This document shows, in pieces, positions 35,776-49,039 of a stretch of 64,000 bases of DNA. The position numbers were made by a program, and so were the translations under genes. Numbering within the stretch: position 1 is the first letter of the stretch; every line of letters begins with the position of its first letter. The notes below the pieces were generated by a model. That model was not told the origin of the DNA. It worked only from the letters and a program-made list of their open reading frames with translations, and made no database searches. Source of the stretch: Podarcis gaigeae (taxonomy: Eukaryota); assembly GCA_964106915.2 (NCBI GenBank), contig OZ066920.1; one strand, 5' to 3'.

Positions 35776-37388
35776 CTTCTCCAAGATGCTTGCCTTTTTG
35801 CTGCCCATCTCTGACTCTTCTGTACAGGGGGACCAAAATTGGGCCCAGCCTAGCTTCTTTCTCTAGTCTAGAGGAAGGATTGTGTGACTATATTGTGTGA
35901 GTGAGTTGAAGAGGAGAGTAGACTGTGCCTCTTCTTACTTTTTAAAAGCATTAATAGAACCACAAAACAGAAATGGAAAGGTAGAGACTTTCAGAACTTG
36001 GAGCCAAGTATAATTAAAAGCTAAGGAAGTTCTGGTTAAGGGTGCTTCATCTTTTTTGTATGTTTTTTTTGGGGGGGAGGACATCCTCTTCAAACATGAA
36101 ATTTAGCTGTTTAGACTCTCAGATGAAAAATGCAAGCAGTTGTGTACATGCATCAAATAAGTCTTTAATTTTGGCGTGTCCACCTGTATTAGTCCACAGG
36201 CTGCCTTAATGAGCTCAGTCTGGAGGTGTGTGCTGATGTCTTCAGTTGACAGTTCTGCTACAAGGGAGAGAACATTAACTTCGGTTGTGTGATCCCCGCC
36301 TCCAAATGTCATGTTATGACAAATGAAGTAATGCTCATAACTAAGCACCCAAAAGTTCAAAGGAACACAAAGGGTCTGAATTAAGCCATGAGTACCGGAC
36401 GGACAGCATCTACAACAAAACTAAATAAAGGCAAGAATCCATTCACTTTTGTCGCTGGAGTCAGTCAGCGCCCCCCCCCCCCCCCCGCCAGGTGGGGAAA
36501 GGACTGCAAGGCAGATACCAGGTCCCTCAGGGCTTACAGCAATCCTGCTGCAGATCTACTCTTATGTTTCAATCACATGAAATCTCTTTCCATTTTACTG
36601 CATGCTAAAAGCAGCATCGGTTTTTAAAATTATTTTTGTTTTATTAGGAGCTGTTGCTTTTTGTGTAAGCATTAGATGATAGTCAGTGGGTTTGTTTTCC
36701 TCAGCATATGTGTCCTCCCCCTTTTCTTTTTGGAAAGTCTTTACCCGTCATGCTGGCTTCTGTTCTCTCTCCTTTTTTTGTTTGCTCGTGTTCTTTTTGT
36801 TAATGGAATGTGTTTTCTGCCCCCACCCTTGAATACCGTATGTGGGGTGTCATTTTGAATTCGTTTTACAAAGTGATTATACAGAAACTTTTCAAATAAG
36901 AAAAGCACATGTTTTTAGAAAGCAGCAGCAGCACCTGTCCTGTTTCATTGCTCAAGCAATCTAGCCAGCAAGATGCCATTTGATGCCTGTGATATCCAAG
37001 CTCTATTGATGTGACTTAATTACATGGGCGTTTGAGTTCCAATTTTCAGGTCTCCCATGTCCTCCTTAGCACCCTGGCTTAAGGCTGCCCAAGCCACACT
37101 GTCCCATCAGAGCAAGTAACCTAATGACAGCCAAAGGCGTTATGCACCCCTGTCTGACTGTGATATCAGAGGAAATCATCCAGTGGTAGGGCAGGCAGAC
37201 AAGACAAGGCTGAGGCTGAAGGGGCTGTTGCAGGAGTGGATACATCAGAGGAAGGGGTCTTTGGGGAGAATGGAAAATGCAGTACTTATGGGTCCTTGGC
37301 TAGTATCTAAATAAACTGTCCTGCTCTTTTTACTTTTAAACTGCATTTATTGAATTGAATTATAAATGCTGTCTTTTGACAGAATATC

Positions 37389-37494
37389 TAGAGCAGCTCA
37401 TGAGACTCTTTTAATCTGAGGGTTGGGGTTTGAGTCCTACGTTGGGGGGTTGAACTAGATGAGCCCTGTGACCCCTTTCAACGCTATGATTCTA
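37389..37494 (+). mobile_element. tRNA-Lys-derived SINE with a CR1-type 3' tail
   Basis: CATGAGACTCTTTTAATCTGAGGGTTGGGGTTTGAGTCCTACGTTGGG resembles tRNA-Lys(CTT). It is fused to GGGTTGAACTAGATGA...CCCTTTCAAC.CTATGATTCTA. Confidence 0.7.
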
Positions 37495-38239
37495 AAACTA
37501 AGAGTGCTTAAGTAGGACTACGACACCATTTTAATAAGATGTAAGGCGTGCCTGTTTCAGAAGCCAACTATACTGCCAAAATTGTTCATCAACATGTAAT
37601 TTCACTGTGTTTCTCTCCTTCCTAAACAAACAAACAAAAAATCTAAACTGTCACATCACCTGCATTTTACTCTTCTGTATGATACATACTAAATGTACTT
37701 TCTTAAGTAATAACCTTTTCCGTTTTATCTTTGACTGTTGGCTTTTATGAGCTGATGTGAACATGGTGTTTTGCATGGTCAGTTTCATTATGCAGAACTA
37801 TGTGGGACTGGCATTTTCTAAAAGGCTGTCATTTCCAGAGGACGATGGCTCTGTTCATGCATTAAGCCAGATGATAATAATAAAAATCAGTTAGCATGCC
37901 AAATCATGGCTTGCTGAACTCATAATTTAGAACCCAGACAGTGGTTTGAGTTTATTAACAAACAGGCAAACCATGGTTTGTCTCATGTTTTAATGGTTTC
38001 TTATTCTATTTGTCTAATTTCATTTTCTGTTGAGTTAGCACCCTAGTTTTTAGCTATGATGTCCCCCAAAGGTGGTACAGCAGCTACAACTGGCTAAATG
38101 ACTATATGTACCTTTTGTTTTGGGAGTGTTTTTTTAAAAAAAGATCATTAAATCTGAACTATTCCGGCTATTAAACCATGATTTCGTACACGGAGAATGA
38201 ATGTTGTATTTTTTTCTTGGGTACCTTAATGAAAGACAG

Positions 38240-38432
38240 CTAGTGTTTTGTTAAACCAAGGTCAGAATTCAACACTCAAACCCTGATCAATGAAGCTCCT
38301 TTGCACCAGTCACTGTCTTTCAGCCTAACCTACCTCTCAAAGTTGTTGTGAGGATAAATGGTGAGCAGAGGAACCATGAATACCATCTTGAACTTTGGCC
38401 TTGAGGAAAGTTGGGATAGAAATGTAATAATA
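38240..38432 (+). mobile_element. Old MIR/Squam3-like SINE
   Basis: CCAGTCACTGTCTTTCAGCCTAACCTACCTCTCAAAGTTGTTGTGAGGATAAA is the CORE-like segment, followed by an AAT tail. Confidence 0.65.
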
Positions 38433-40835
38433 AGCAAAATTGGGGAAAGGACGGAATGGGAGACTGTGGTTGAATGAACCATGACTGATGTGCTGAAGCA
38501 AGATTTGTAGTCGGAAGTGGAAATATAAAGCAGCATAGAAATTCAACCCTCTTCTGTTTGTGACCCGCAGCAGTTGCTATTTGGAGGCAGTGGTTCTGAT
38601 TTATTAGACTCCTTATACAGTATCTGAATCAGGCTAGTGAACATTCTGTTGTCATCCAGAGCTGATACACTGCTGCTGTAGAATTCCAGTTTTCCATTTG
38701 TATCACTGCCTTTGGATCGTGTGACTGGTACCAGAGAGAGAGAGAGTTTGACTTTCTGCTCTGTAGTGTGAGGTTCTAGAAGTCAAATAACATAATGCAG
38801 TCAATTTCTCTTATTACTTCTCTCAGCTTCAGAGAAAGAAAAGTCTATTGTGCTTCATGTATTTAACATTGCATCACATCTGTCAGCAATTTAGACTTAG
38901 ACAGTGGCAGCACCATCTTCCTGACATCAGCTTACTTAATACTGCTTAGAAAAGAAAAATACAGAACTAGGTTATTTCTGGTGAAATGCAAAACACACCT
39001 TTAAAGCATGCTATGTGCACATTAGGCTGTGTGCAAATAAGGTGGGATGTCGACAGCTACACCGAGGAGAATAAATAACTGACTAAAAGGAAGCCTTTGG
39101 GATTTTCATTTTTGTTTTTCTGTCCATAGTGACATGGAACGGTTTGCAAGTAACAGTGCTGTGGCGTTGGCTGTTGCTACAACTTACCTGCTCCCAGATA
39201 GGCCTATTCTCATTGTGCAGGTTGGGCTTCTGAGGGGTAAATCTGGCAATGCAGGTTGGTTCAGCGATTTTTTGCATGGAAGTCAGTGCAGCTTAAGTCA
39301 GTGTAGAGTTGTTGAGCTGTCGACTTTATTATCCACTTAATCCCAACCTTCACTTTCCGACAGTGTTCAAAATTTGTCAGGCGCCAGGCCCATTTTGCAC
39401 TTGGCTATAGACCATTTGTGACCAAGTGAAGGTGCCCAGTCGCCAGGATGGCACCTGACATCCCTACCATCTGGAGGGGCATGCCTGAGGATCCTTGGAT
39501 CTTGCCTGTTTTCACATACAAACAGCACATCTTGTAGAATTCTCTCTGTGATATTTTATCTGTACAATGTAAACGAATTTCAGGAATGAAAAGGTCGTAT
39601 TCAAAAATATCACTTTTGAACCGTCTGGCTCTAAAATGGTGACCAGACATTCCGTTTGGGTGACTGTAACCCTGGTTTAAGGAGCCATTTGGCACCTAGT
39701 TTATATATCTGAGTTTCTAATACTGCTTTCCAACATCAGTGCTAGGTAGAAGTGTGGCTGCATGACAGTGCATCTTTGTGTTAAGAGCAGCACACCAGAA
39801 GTTTTCAGTGTATGGGTTTATTGGGATTTATCTAATGATTCATGCAGTGCTGAATCATGGGTTCACCTTTTGGATTCTGGCCGAGTCCTGTGGGTATGTG
39901 TGTTTATGTATGCACAAGTAAGCTTGTTGCTGCACAATCATTTAAAAAGTTTTCTATGCATCCTGAGGGTGTAGCGGGGTAATAAACCGACAGCGCTGTT
40001 TTATCAAAACAAGAGCGATTACGTTTGGCAGCAGATGTTTTTTGAAGCCAACTTTTGTATTTTTATGGTGTGTCACCTCCCTTTGTAAAAACATATTTTC
40101 CTATCCTGACGATTGTGTAAGGGTTCTTTGTTCTACCACCAGGCATAAAGGCCAGCCCAAGGATTTTGGATAGGATTTAGTGAGATGATGATTGATTTAT
40201 ACCCACTGTTAAGCATGACTAGTTTTCACTTCATTTCTTAATTTACCCTACCCTGCTTAGCACCTTTTGGGCTTTGTGCATTTCCATTATCAAGAACATA
40301 CCATAACAGACACTGACAGCTTGCTTCAGTGGTGTAGACCTCACTGAAAACGTGCCAAAGGGCAACAGCTAATGTGCATCTTATCAGTGCATGTACTCAA
40401 GGGCCAGAGGGGCACAGCTAACTTCAATATTATGAACAGAACTGCTTCTTGCTTCCATTAACTTGCACAAGGGCATACTATGGTTGCTGAATACATTAGC
40501 TACTGTAAATGTTCTCAGTTCAATGTACTATCCTTGAAATATTCAAACCTTGACTCAAGCTGGAAATATTTGTTGTTGTCGTTAATAAATAAATAGCAAC
40601 AGCCACCAAGAAGAACCCCTTGTCTCCTGGGTATTTTCTGAAAGGTGCCAATGGCAGCCTGAGATAACATTTCATTTGCCCAGCAGCCAAGCTAGCTTGT
40701 CCGGTCATGGACAAGAGCAGGGTGGGGAAGCCATGTGATTAGGTCTGGGTATATCACACTAGAGATTCTACTGTGTGTTCTGAAGTGTAACACACTGGAT
40801 CAATATGATTAGCCCCTAGATCAAAGTGCTTAGAT

Positions 40836-40969
40836 CAGCCTTGCCCAACCCGATTCCCTCAACATGTTTTTTTAACAATAGCTCCCATCTTTTCTGACTG
40901 TTAGATATGCTGGCTGGGACTGATGGGAGTGTTATAGTCCCAATGTGGGAACCAGTTGGGTGAAGGCTG
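40836..40969. mobile_element. Degenerate hAT MITE, followed by a SINE 3' fragment to ~41120
   Basis: Termini CAGCCTTGCCCAAC / GTTGGGTGAAGGCTG with inner CTCCCATC / GATGGGAG. Confidence 0.65.
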
Positions 40970-43900
40970 CCTTATCGCATGGTTGTTGTGAAGATAAAAT
41001 GCAGGAGCAGGGTAGAATCATGTACAGCCAACTCTCCAGAACGTGTAAGTTGAAAGTCAACTGTATACCAGCTTGAGCTCCTTGGAGAGAAGGCAGTCCA
41101 CAAATGTGACAAACATAAACAAGTGGGACTGCCGGGGGCAAGAGAGGCAGTCTTGCTGTAATCTCTTAAATATGCAGCCGCTGCCTGGCCCTCGTGTTTT
41201 AATCCAGCCTTTTCATTTTGTATTATGGAATAATAGAATAATGTGCTGTTGCTCCTGCTAGCACTTTAGCTGTAATAAAAAGAGAGTAAAAAATCAATGA
41301 CTAGGGTATGAACTGCCAGAATTAATATTAGCATCATATCAAAAGTGATAATGTAGCTGTTCCCTAGATTTGTTTGCATTTAAGCTAAAGCTGGGCCAAG
41401 CCGAGAGATTGATTTCTCATCACTGCTAACTCCAGTTCCAAAAACGCTGTTTCCCTTTTCCTCTCATGCTATTGTAATAGCACATTGAGTTCAAAGAGTC
41501 TGGGGAGAGCCGTGTCTGGTGAGAAAGGCCTGTGACTCAGTGAGGTGCCCTTGGGGGGGATGTTAGTGAGGTTTAGCATCCTTTTTGGTGGCATGATCTG
41601 GTGGTGGTGACAAAGCCTGGAATGCTTTGACCTGAGATTGTGCTGCAGTTTTGAGTGGCGATGCAGGGGAAAGGCAAGAACCTTTGGAGCAACTCTTTGG
41701 TGGGAAGAATCTGGCCTGCCATCTGTAGCTGGTTAACTCTGCTGCCTGACATCTGGATTTGTTTCAGGATTTGTAGACATGATTTTGGAATGTACTGGAT
41801 TTGTGTCTAGGACGCTGCTGCATTAAAATGATAAATTCAGAAATATTTAATGGCTTGTGTCATATGGGAACCAGGCAGGGGGATGCGGTATATAAATTTG
41901 TAAGCGCACACGTAGATAAAAGGATATATTTGGAAGCGGTTTGGTGTTGCTTCTCCAAATAATAATATTTGGAGAGGCCACGCTAGTCAGTACTTTAAAG
42001 GGAACCTTTACTGTGTGTAATAAAGAAGCCTGCAGCAGTCGTGATCTCCATTACAGTTGTGATCAATATGCATGCTTTTTCTTCCCAATGCACTGTATCC
42101 TGTTTTGGCTCATCTAGTCCCTAGCCTCTCTCTGAAGTGTCCTGGGTGGGAGACTAGATAATAGTCTCTGAACCCTGTCTTGTGAAGCAGAAATAACCTG
42201 TTGTAATTTGTAAAAATGTGCACTATTTCTCCAGACGCATAAAATGTGTTTGAGCTGTAAGGCTCTATAAACATCAAGTCAGTCAGCCTTTCCCCCTTGT
42301 GGTTTGTGTGCCATCATCAAGAATTGCTCAATCTCTTCAGAGCCTACAAATGTTTGCATAGCCTTGTTGCTCAGGTATGTATTTTTTTTTATCTATCTCA
42401 TGGAAGCCTTAAGCGAGAAGAATGCTTTCTAGAAATCCTCGATTACAGTAGACTGCTGCCCAATATCTTGTATTAGGGTCTGATTAGGTGGCCTTCTGTT
42501 CCTCTGTTTCCAATATTTCCTAACTGAGCAAATATCCAAGGTGCAGGGAAGATGTGGTGACAGACTGCGTGCTTATATATGTTATGAATTCAGTCACCAA
42601 TGAGTGCCCTCCCCTATCTAGCAAGAACCCAAGTACAGTGCTTGCTTTGGGAACAGAAGACACCCCCCACACATCTTTTTCTCTGTTTTCCTGCGGGATT
42701 TTTGCATTAGGCAACAGCAGCAAGATGTTTCGTGCATGCTCTGCTGAGGCCTGGTGCCAAGGGTAAATGTATCTCCCTTTTCCAAGTTCTCTGCACGTGC
42801 TGCGGACAATGGGTCTGTGTCTACTGCAGATAATGGATTATATAGCAGAGTTCATGCTAGTGCACTTGGCTTCATTTAAAATGCAAAACAGCTTTGGGAA
42901 GTGCTAGAGAGGAGATGTGGCCCAGGATGAATCCATTCAGGATGCACATGAACACTCTCTGCACCTACATGCAGCCCATCTGCTGCTGCTTTGTTCTTTG
43001 CTTCATGTGAGTGGTCAAACAAGCCACAGTTAACCATAGTTTTCTGTTATGTGTGAACTGGGAACTGTGGTTAATGGCTTCCAAACAAGCCAGGATTTGA
43101 ACGCCAACTTTTAAAATCAGGATTCAATTCTGCAAACATAGTTAGCTTGTGTGGCTTGTTTTGTTTGTTTATGGCTTTCTCCCTTCCAGCCAGCTCTCCC
43201 CCTCCCCGCCCCCTCCGCAAATAAAATCACCTTTCTTTTTTGCACCTTGGAGTTCCAGTTGCATGAACATGAGAGTGAAGCATCACCACCTATGCCCTGA
43301 AAACTTCAGCCTTCCGAGACTGCTTTGCATTAAAAAAAAAAAAATACCCCAAAGGAACTTGAATAATGACAAATTCACTGTTTCCTGGTAAATTACAATG
43401 TTGGGTTTTGTTGATGCTGGGAAATTGTTGTTTGGGGGCTGTGTACATTTAATAAGCCAGGCCTTTATAGAATAGGTAATTAGCAAGATAGTTTGGGCTA
43501 GTTTTAGTCCTTCCTACAATATATTCAGTATACCTTTGTTGATGTGTATATGTAAATGCCTGGAAGTTGTATGTGAGCATGTGAGTCAGCTCTCTCCAAA
43601 GCTGATACCTGGGACATCATGTGAAAGTTCTCTAGCCAGGATGGTTATGTAAATTAAATATTATATATGTGCCTCATAGTCCTTTGGCAATTAAATATAA
43701 ACAGATGGGGCTGTATAACTATGAAGGAATACATTATTGCCTCTGCTAGATTTTGCCCTTAAGTCTGGTTGACAAAAAAGGCTACCTTTAAATAAACAAT
43801 GGATTTGAAATCTTACGAACCTTTCTGGCATAAGGTAATGTACCTTGCTACACAATGGACCAGTTTTCTTCCCTCCCCTTCATAGACGTTCTTCTCTCTG

Positions 43901-46203
43901 CCAAGAAGCAAAACTTTTGCATCTCTTTCAGACTAGGCAGTTAAATGAAGGTGGTACGCTTGGGAGGAAGTGGCTACAGGAAGATTGTGTGTGGTGGTGT
44001 GTGAGAATCTGCCAAAGGTGACCCAGCTGTACTGCTATTTTTGGCTAATTCGATGCACTTAGTTGGAGCCTGCGTTTTAATTAAAGGGGAAAGGTATATT
44101 TAATGATCATTAAAGCTCCCGTTAAAAAGTCTGCTCCTTGCTTTAAGTAATGGGAATGGTGGTGGAAAAAGGAAGACAAGAGGTGGCCAACTAATCCTGA
44201 CTTTTGTCTTTTTACCCAGAATGCACGGGGGTACCCTTGGCTTTGTTCTTTTGAGGATTTAATGCGCACTTTGAGTAAGTTGGGTGTGTTATTACAGTCC
44301 ACCTACCCCATTAGTTTTGGCTTTTGTGCTCTGTGATAGAAGATGGTGCTAGCAGAAGTATTCAGTTGAAGCAGGGGTGAGCAAGAATCTGTAGATGTAC
44401 ACAGAGAGGCCGTGTATATGATAACCAGGTGCAGTTAGCTGGCATTTATATGGGCACATTCTACGGTATACAGCTACCTTCCACAACCCTGTTTCCTTCA
44501 AGATTTTTTTCTGGACTATGTAATGCTGCTCTGTAGTATTGTAATTAGAGCTGAGTCACAATGACTTCTGGCATCAGTTCACAGACTGTAAATTTGGAGA
44601 GAAAGCATCTTGGTGTTTTTTGGGGGGGGCACAAATTGCTGGGGAGGAGGGGAGATTTGACCAGAAGTGAAGTTTCCCCTTCAGTGTCAGTGGTGATCGC
44701 ACCTGCTGCTTCAAGCTGCCATTTTCCCCATTTCCTTGCCTATTGGATGCCAGTGTGAGGGCAGAAAATATTTTTCCTTGGTCAGCTTTTACCAAAACAG
44801 TCAAAATCTGTTTTCTTCATCGTGACGAAGCCAAATCCAAGGGCCGGGCAATGTTTCTGCTGTCAGGATAGTCTGAGAAAACTTTTCATCTGAGCCTTAA
44901 CTGTAATATGTTCACTTGCACCACAAAAGGACTGAGGATAGCATTTGCTGAAATTTAAAGTGGAGTGTAACATTTGATTAGAATGTCGTTGTTTTTCAGA
45001 GCTTCCTTCCATTCAAACTTGGCATGCATTGGGAACTGATTGGGTCCCTCAGTATGGGGATCAGTAATTGCTTTGAATGACAGTTTGGCAACTACTTGGT
45101 GGTCTTCCCCTTGTGTTGTGCAGCCACAGGAGTTGAGTGTGTGTTTTCAGCAAAGCCCAACAGACCTGGCCAGAGGATGAGTCAATGCGAAATGGGTTTC
45201 CTGGAGCTGGAAAGTTTAGAAAACTACTGGATTAGAACATGAGCTTTGGCTGCAAAACAAGCTGGGAAAATGTAGAGCTTGCTTTTTTTTTTTTTTAAGA
45301 AAAAAAGGGCTAGTAAATATTGCCTGCCTATCCTCCTTATTACTGTACTGTTCCGTCAGTTGCCCTCGGATTACAAACTCCCTTTTTTTGAATTAGGTGA
45401 TTTGGCAAACATTCTTATGCCCTCTGACATGAGGATAGACAACTCAAAGCACACAGAGTAACACTGTTAAAAGCTTATTTTTTATTTTATTTAAAAAAGG
45501 GGCCATTAACAGCTTAAGCAAATAAACAAACTAAACTGGTCTGTCTGTCTGGCAGACAAGGCTATTCATAGAATCCTAATCCCCCTTAATTAAGTAATAT
45601 ACTTTCGAAAACGGTCCTCATAAGGCCCCTTTTCTCTGTGGAATCGAATGCCTCTGGTCTCTGAGGGAATGAAACGAAAAGCAAGAATAATTCAATTTTG
45701 GAAAACGACTAACGAGAGTAAAACTTGATAGCCTTAGTTGAACATGAAACGCAAACTAGTGCAGAATGTTTACTTTTAAATATTACAGTTAAATGACTGG
45801 AATTGTATTCTGATAAATAACTTGCTCTAGGGCTGAATTGTATTTGAGCAGCTTCCTCATCAACAGAAGGATGAGGTTATTCGTTCAGTAGCCCACCGAA
45901 TGCTACAATTCCAAGAAAGCAATGCTTTCTGGGAGACTTTAAAAAGCCCACAGTGTGCTGTGGGAGGATTGTTTGCCTGAGCCATCTGCACATTATATTA
46001 TTGACCTCTACCCATATGGAACCTGAAACAAAGACTAATGGATTTCCTGGCATCCCCCCCTTTTCTATTTTTCCTCTTTTTTTATTAATAAAAAGAGAGG
46101 GGAGAGACTGCTTTCATGTGATAGCTGGGGTGCTAACCAGACGTTTACTTCCTGGCACAAGAGTGTCTTTTTTTAAAAGAAACAACAACAGCCCAAACTC
46201 TAG

Positions 46204-46347
46204 TTACAGATAGGTAACCGTGTTGGTCTGCCATAGTCAAAACAAAAAAAAATTCCTTCCAGTAGCACCTTAAAGACCAACTAAGTTAGTTCTTGGTATG
46301 AGCTTTCGTGTGCATGCACACTTCTTCAGATACACTGTATCTGAAGA
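46204..46347 (-). mobile_element. Short Penelope-like element insertion with a 14-bp TSD
   Basis: Flanked by exact AGCCCAAACTCTAG at 46190-46203 and 46348-46361. The body resembles a PLE terminal repeat (GGTAACCGTGTTGGTCTG...GCACCTTAAAGACCAAC...GAGCTTTCGTG) and ends in an inverted duplication. Confidence 0.85.
46296..46333 (-). ncRNA. Minimal type I hammerhead ribozyme motif (PLE-associated)
   Basis: Minus strand reads GTAT CTGAAGA A GTGTGC AT GCACAC GAAA GC TC ATAC: stem I GTAT/ATAC, core CUGANGA, stem II GTGTGC/GCACAC, GAAA, palindromic vestigial stem III and UH cleavage site. Confidence 0.8.
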
Positions 46348-46684
46348 AGCCCAAACTCTAGGTACTTTCAGCAGTTGGGGGACTCTTTCTGACGTTCACC
46401 AGGATTACATTTGCGACTGTTGCTTCTTCTGATGGATTCCTAGAAATTAGCTCAGAATTCATTACATTAGCTTTCTGCACAGTTCTTTGTTGGTGGTGGC
46501 ACTTCTCGGGGGCATGTTTTCTGCTTCAGTGGCCAAATTTGCGTGTGATGCTAAACCATGTGCATGATCCTCAGGCTCACATGCTCCTCCTCACAGCACT
46601 TTGAATTGGCCACAAGCTTTTGCTTCCATCTTCAACTAACTACAATTTCTCATTGGCTCCAAACCCAAACTGTGGTTAGGATTA

Positions 46685-47057
46685 AAAGGTAAAGGTAAAG
46701 GACCCCTGACAGTTTAGTCCAGCCGCAGACGACTCTGGGGTTGCAACAATCATCTTGCTTTACAGGCCGAGGGAGCCAGCATTTGTCTGCAGACAGTTTT
46801 TCCGGGTCATGTGGCCAGCATAACAAAGCCGCTTCTGGTGAAACCAGAACAGCACACGGAAACGCTGTTTATCTTCCTGCTGGAGTGGTACCTATTTATC
46901 TGCTTGCACTTTTGGGCATGCTTTCGAACTGTTAGGATGGCAGGAGCTGGAACTGAGCAACGGGAGCCAACCCCGTCACACGGATTAAAACTGCCGACCT
47001 TCTGATTGGCAAGCTCAGGAGGCTCAGTGGTTTAGACCACAGCGCCACCCGCGTCCT
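46685..47057 (-). mobile_element. Full-length Sauria SINE, more diverged copy
   Basis: (AAAGGT)n tail at 46685-46701. The body matches the other copies, and the head is the reverse complement of GGACGCGGGTGGCGCTGTGG. Confidence 0.92.
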
Positions 47058-48994
47058 ACATGTTTAGGGTTAGTTCCCAGTTTAGACATAACTAATAACC
47101 ACAGTTAGTTCAAAATGGGAGTAAGATCTTCTGATTTCTTCCAGAGGAGAAGAAGAGGGGCGTGCAGAAGCCTGAGATTTGTAACCGTAATACAGAAATG
47201 ATGCTTTATTACTATCTGTTAATGTAGACAAATGTACATTTCGGGCCTATGTTAGAAGCAAATAACAGTTTGCTGCCCTAAGCAAGGCAGCTTTTTTTTT
47301 TTTAAGCACTCTGACCAAAATGTCACCATGTAAATTAGAAATGTCATTAAAACGGCAGTTGGTTGTTAACAGCATTTATTTAAAAAGTTTTACTTCTGCT
47401 GGACTCCAGCCATCAGTTCTAGCTATTTATCTCCAAGATCAATATAGGAACTGTATGAACTTTTTCGGGTTGAAATTTAGCCCACGAACAAAATTAATGG
47501 TCAGCTGCATTTTGTCGCATGCTGAAAATTAACAGAGACAAGCTCTCAAAAATAAGTATCAGTAGTGAAGTCAGATTGGTTAACCCTTTTAACAACTTTG
47601 AATTTAGGAGAAGTCAAACACTGTTATGACTGATAACAATCTGGGTTCTTCCTCCACATTATGTGCATTATTATTGCTTAAAGATAGAAACAGTTGAGAT
47701 TGTGGAAATGGAACTGGGGCAAAATAGCTGTAATAGATTACACGCTGAAAAATCCCTGGTGATTTTTTAAAAAAATAAATAAACATAAAGTACGGAAGCA
47801 TAGCTTTCTCAGAGATACAGCACAGCACAGCACTGGGTACTTAATTGGCGGGTTAAGGTGTTAATTGGAGCTGTTTTTCCTTCAGGCCTCATCCCTAAAA
47901 TCTGTTTTCAGCATGGTGGCTAAAATCTAGAAGTAGGTGATCAATAAAGAAATACTTCTGAGCTTGTGCAGAGTGCTTTCTCCCTTCTCTATTGCAACAA
48001 ATCAGGATAACGGAGCACCTTGGGCATCTTCTCTTCAATAGTGTTGCTCCCAGACAGATTTGAGTCTCAGGCTGCCACCTCTTTTGAAATTATGTGGTTG
48101 ATGTGATGTTCTGGCCTCTTCCTAGTTGCTCAGAAGGGATTCATGTGTGGGAGTGAGTGTGGCAATTCTCAGTGAAGTCTTGCACATTTCCCCTCTTTGC
48201 TCTATCCTCCCTTTCATCTTCCACCTTCTCATTTGCACTGCAATTTCAAGTGGCTTCCACAACCACCCCTCCTCTCCTCATAGGTCTCTCTCAATTTTCT
48301 TGCCATCCTGTCCCCCCCCCCCCTGTCTTGCCTCTCCATTTCTGCTTCCTGACTTTTTCTTGCTTGCTTTGGATTGATTCCTTTTTTTTTAACTTCAAAG
48401 GAACATGCTCTTTCCCACCCCTCCTCTGACTGCCTTCTGATTCTTCCTCATCCTCAGAGCTCAACTCGCTCAGCAGGAAATGAGTTTGATGGATACTGAG
48501 GTTGCACTGCTTAGTGTTCCATTCTTGTTAAAAAAAGAAAATGCCCCTCTCTTTCAGCTCTGCTTGATGTGAGAGTTGTTGATTAGTTGGTTTTTAAAAG
48601 GGGGTGGGACTGGGGAAGGACGATTTTAAAAACCTGCCAGCTTTTAATGGTGGCTTAAAATATTTGCGCTCTGGAGTCTAGCAAGTGCAGGCTTATAAGC
48701 CAGGAAGTTTACTTCTTTTACATGCAGGAAATGCACAGAACATGCATCAACAGTCCTTTCCCTTCTAACTTTTGAACCTGGAATGCTGGCCTACCAGATG
48801 ATGGCTTCTCAGTGGTACAGCATCCACAGAAGATCCCTAGTTCATTCTGTGGCATTTCCAGGAACGGCTGGGAATGTTCCCTATCTGAAAACCTGAAGAC
48901 CCAACAATGGATGGGGCAGACTATATAAACCAGATACCTATGCTTGTGTGCAGATGAAAGATGCATGGTGGGCAATGGCTGTCTTAGAAGTGGT

Positions 48995-48997
<3 letters not shown>

Positions 48998-49036
<39 letters not shown>
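48998..49036. repeat. (CA)n microsatellite
   Basis: Directly visible. Confidence 0.97.

Positions 49037-49039
<3 letters not shown>

Noticed and set aside
37389-37447. tRNA-Lys-like sequence as a tRNA gene
   Set aside because: The 5' acceptor stem is missing, there are indels in the arms, and it is fused to a CR1 tail, so it is a SINE head.
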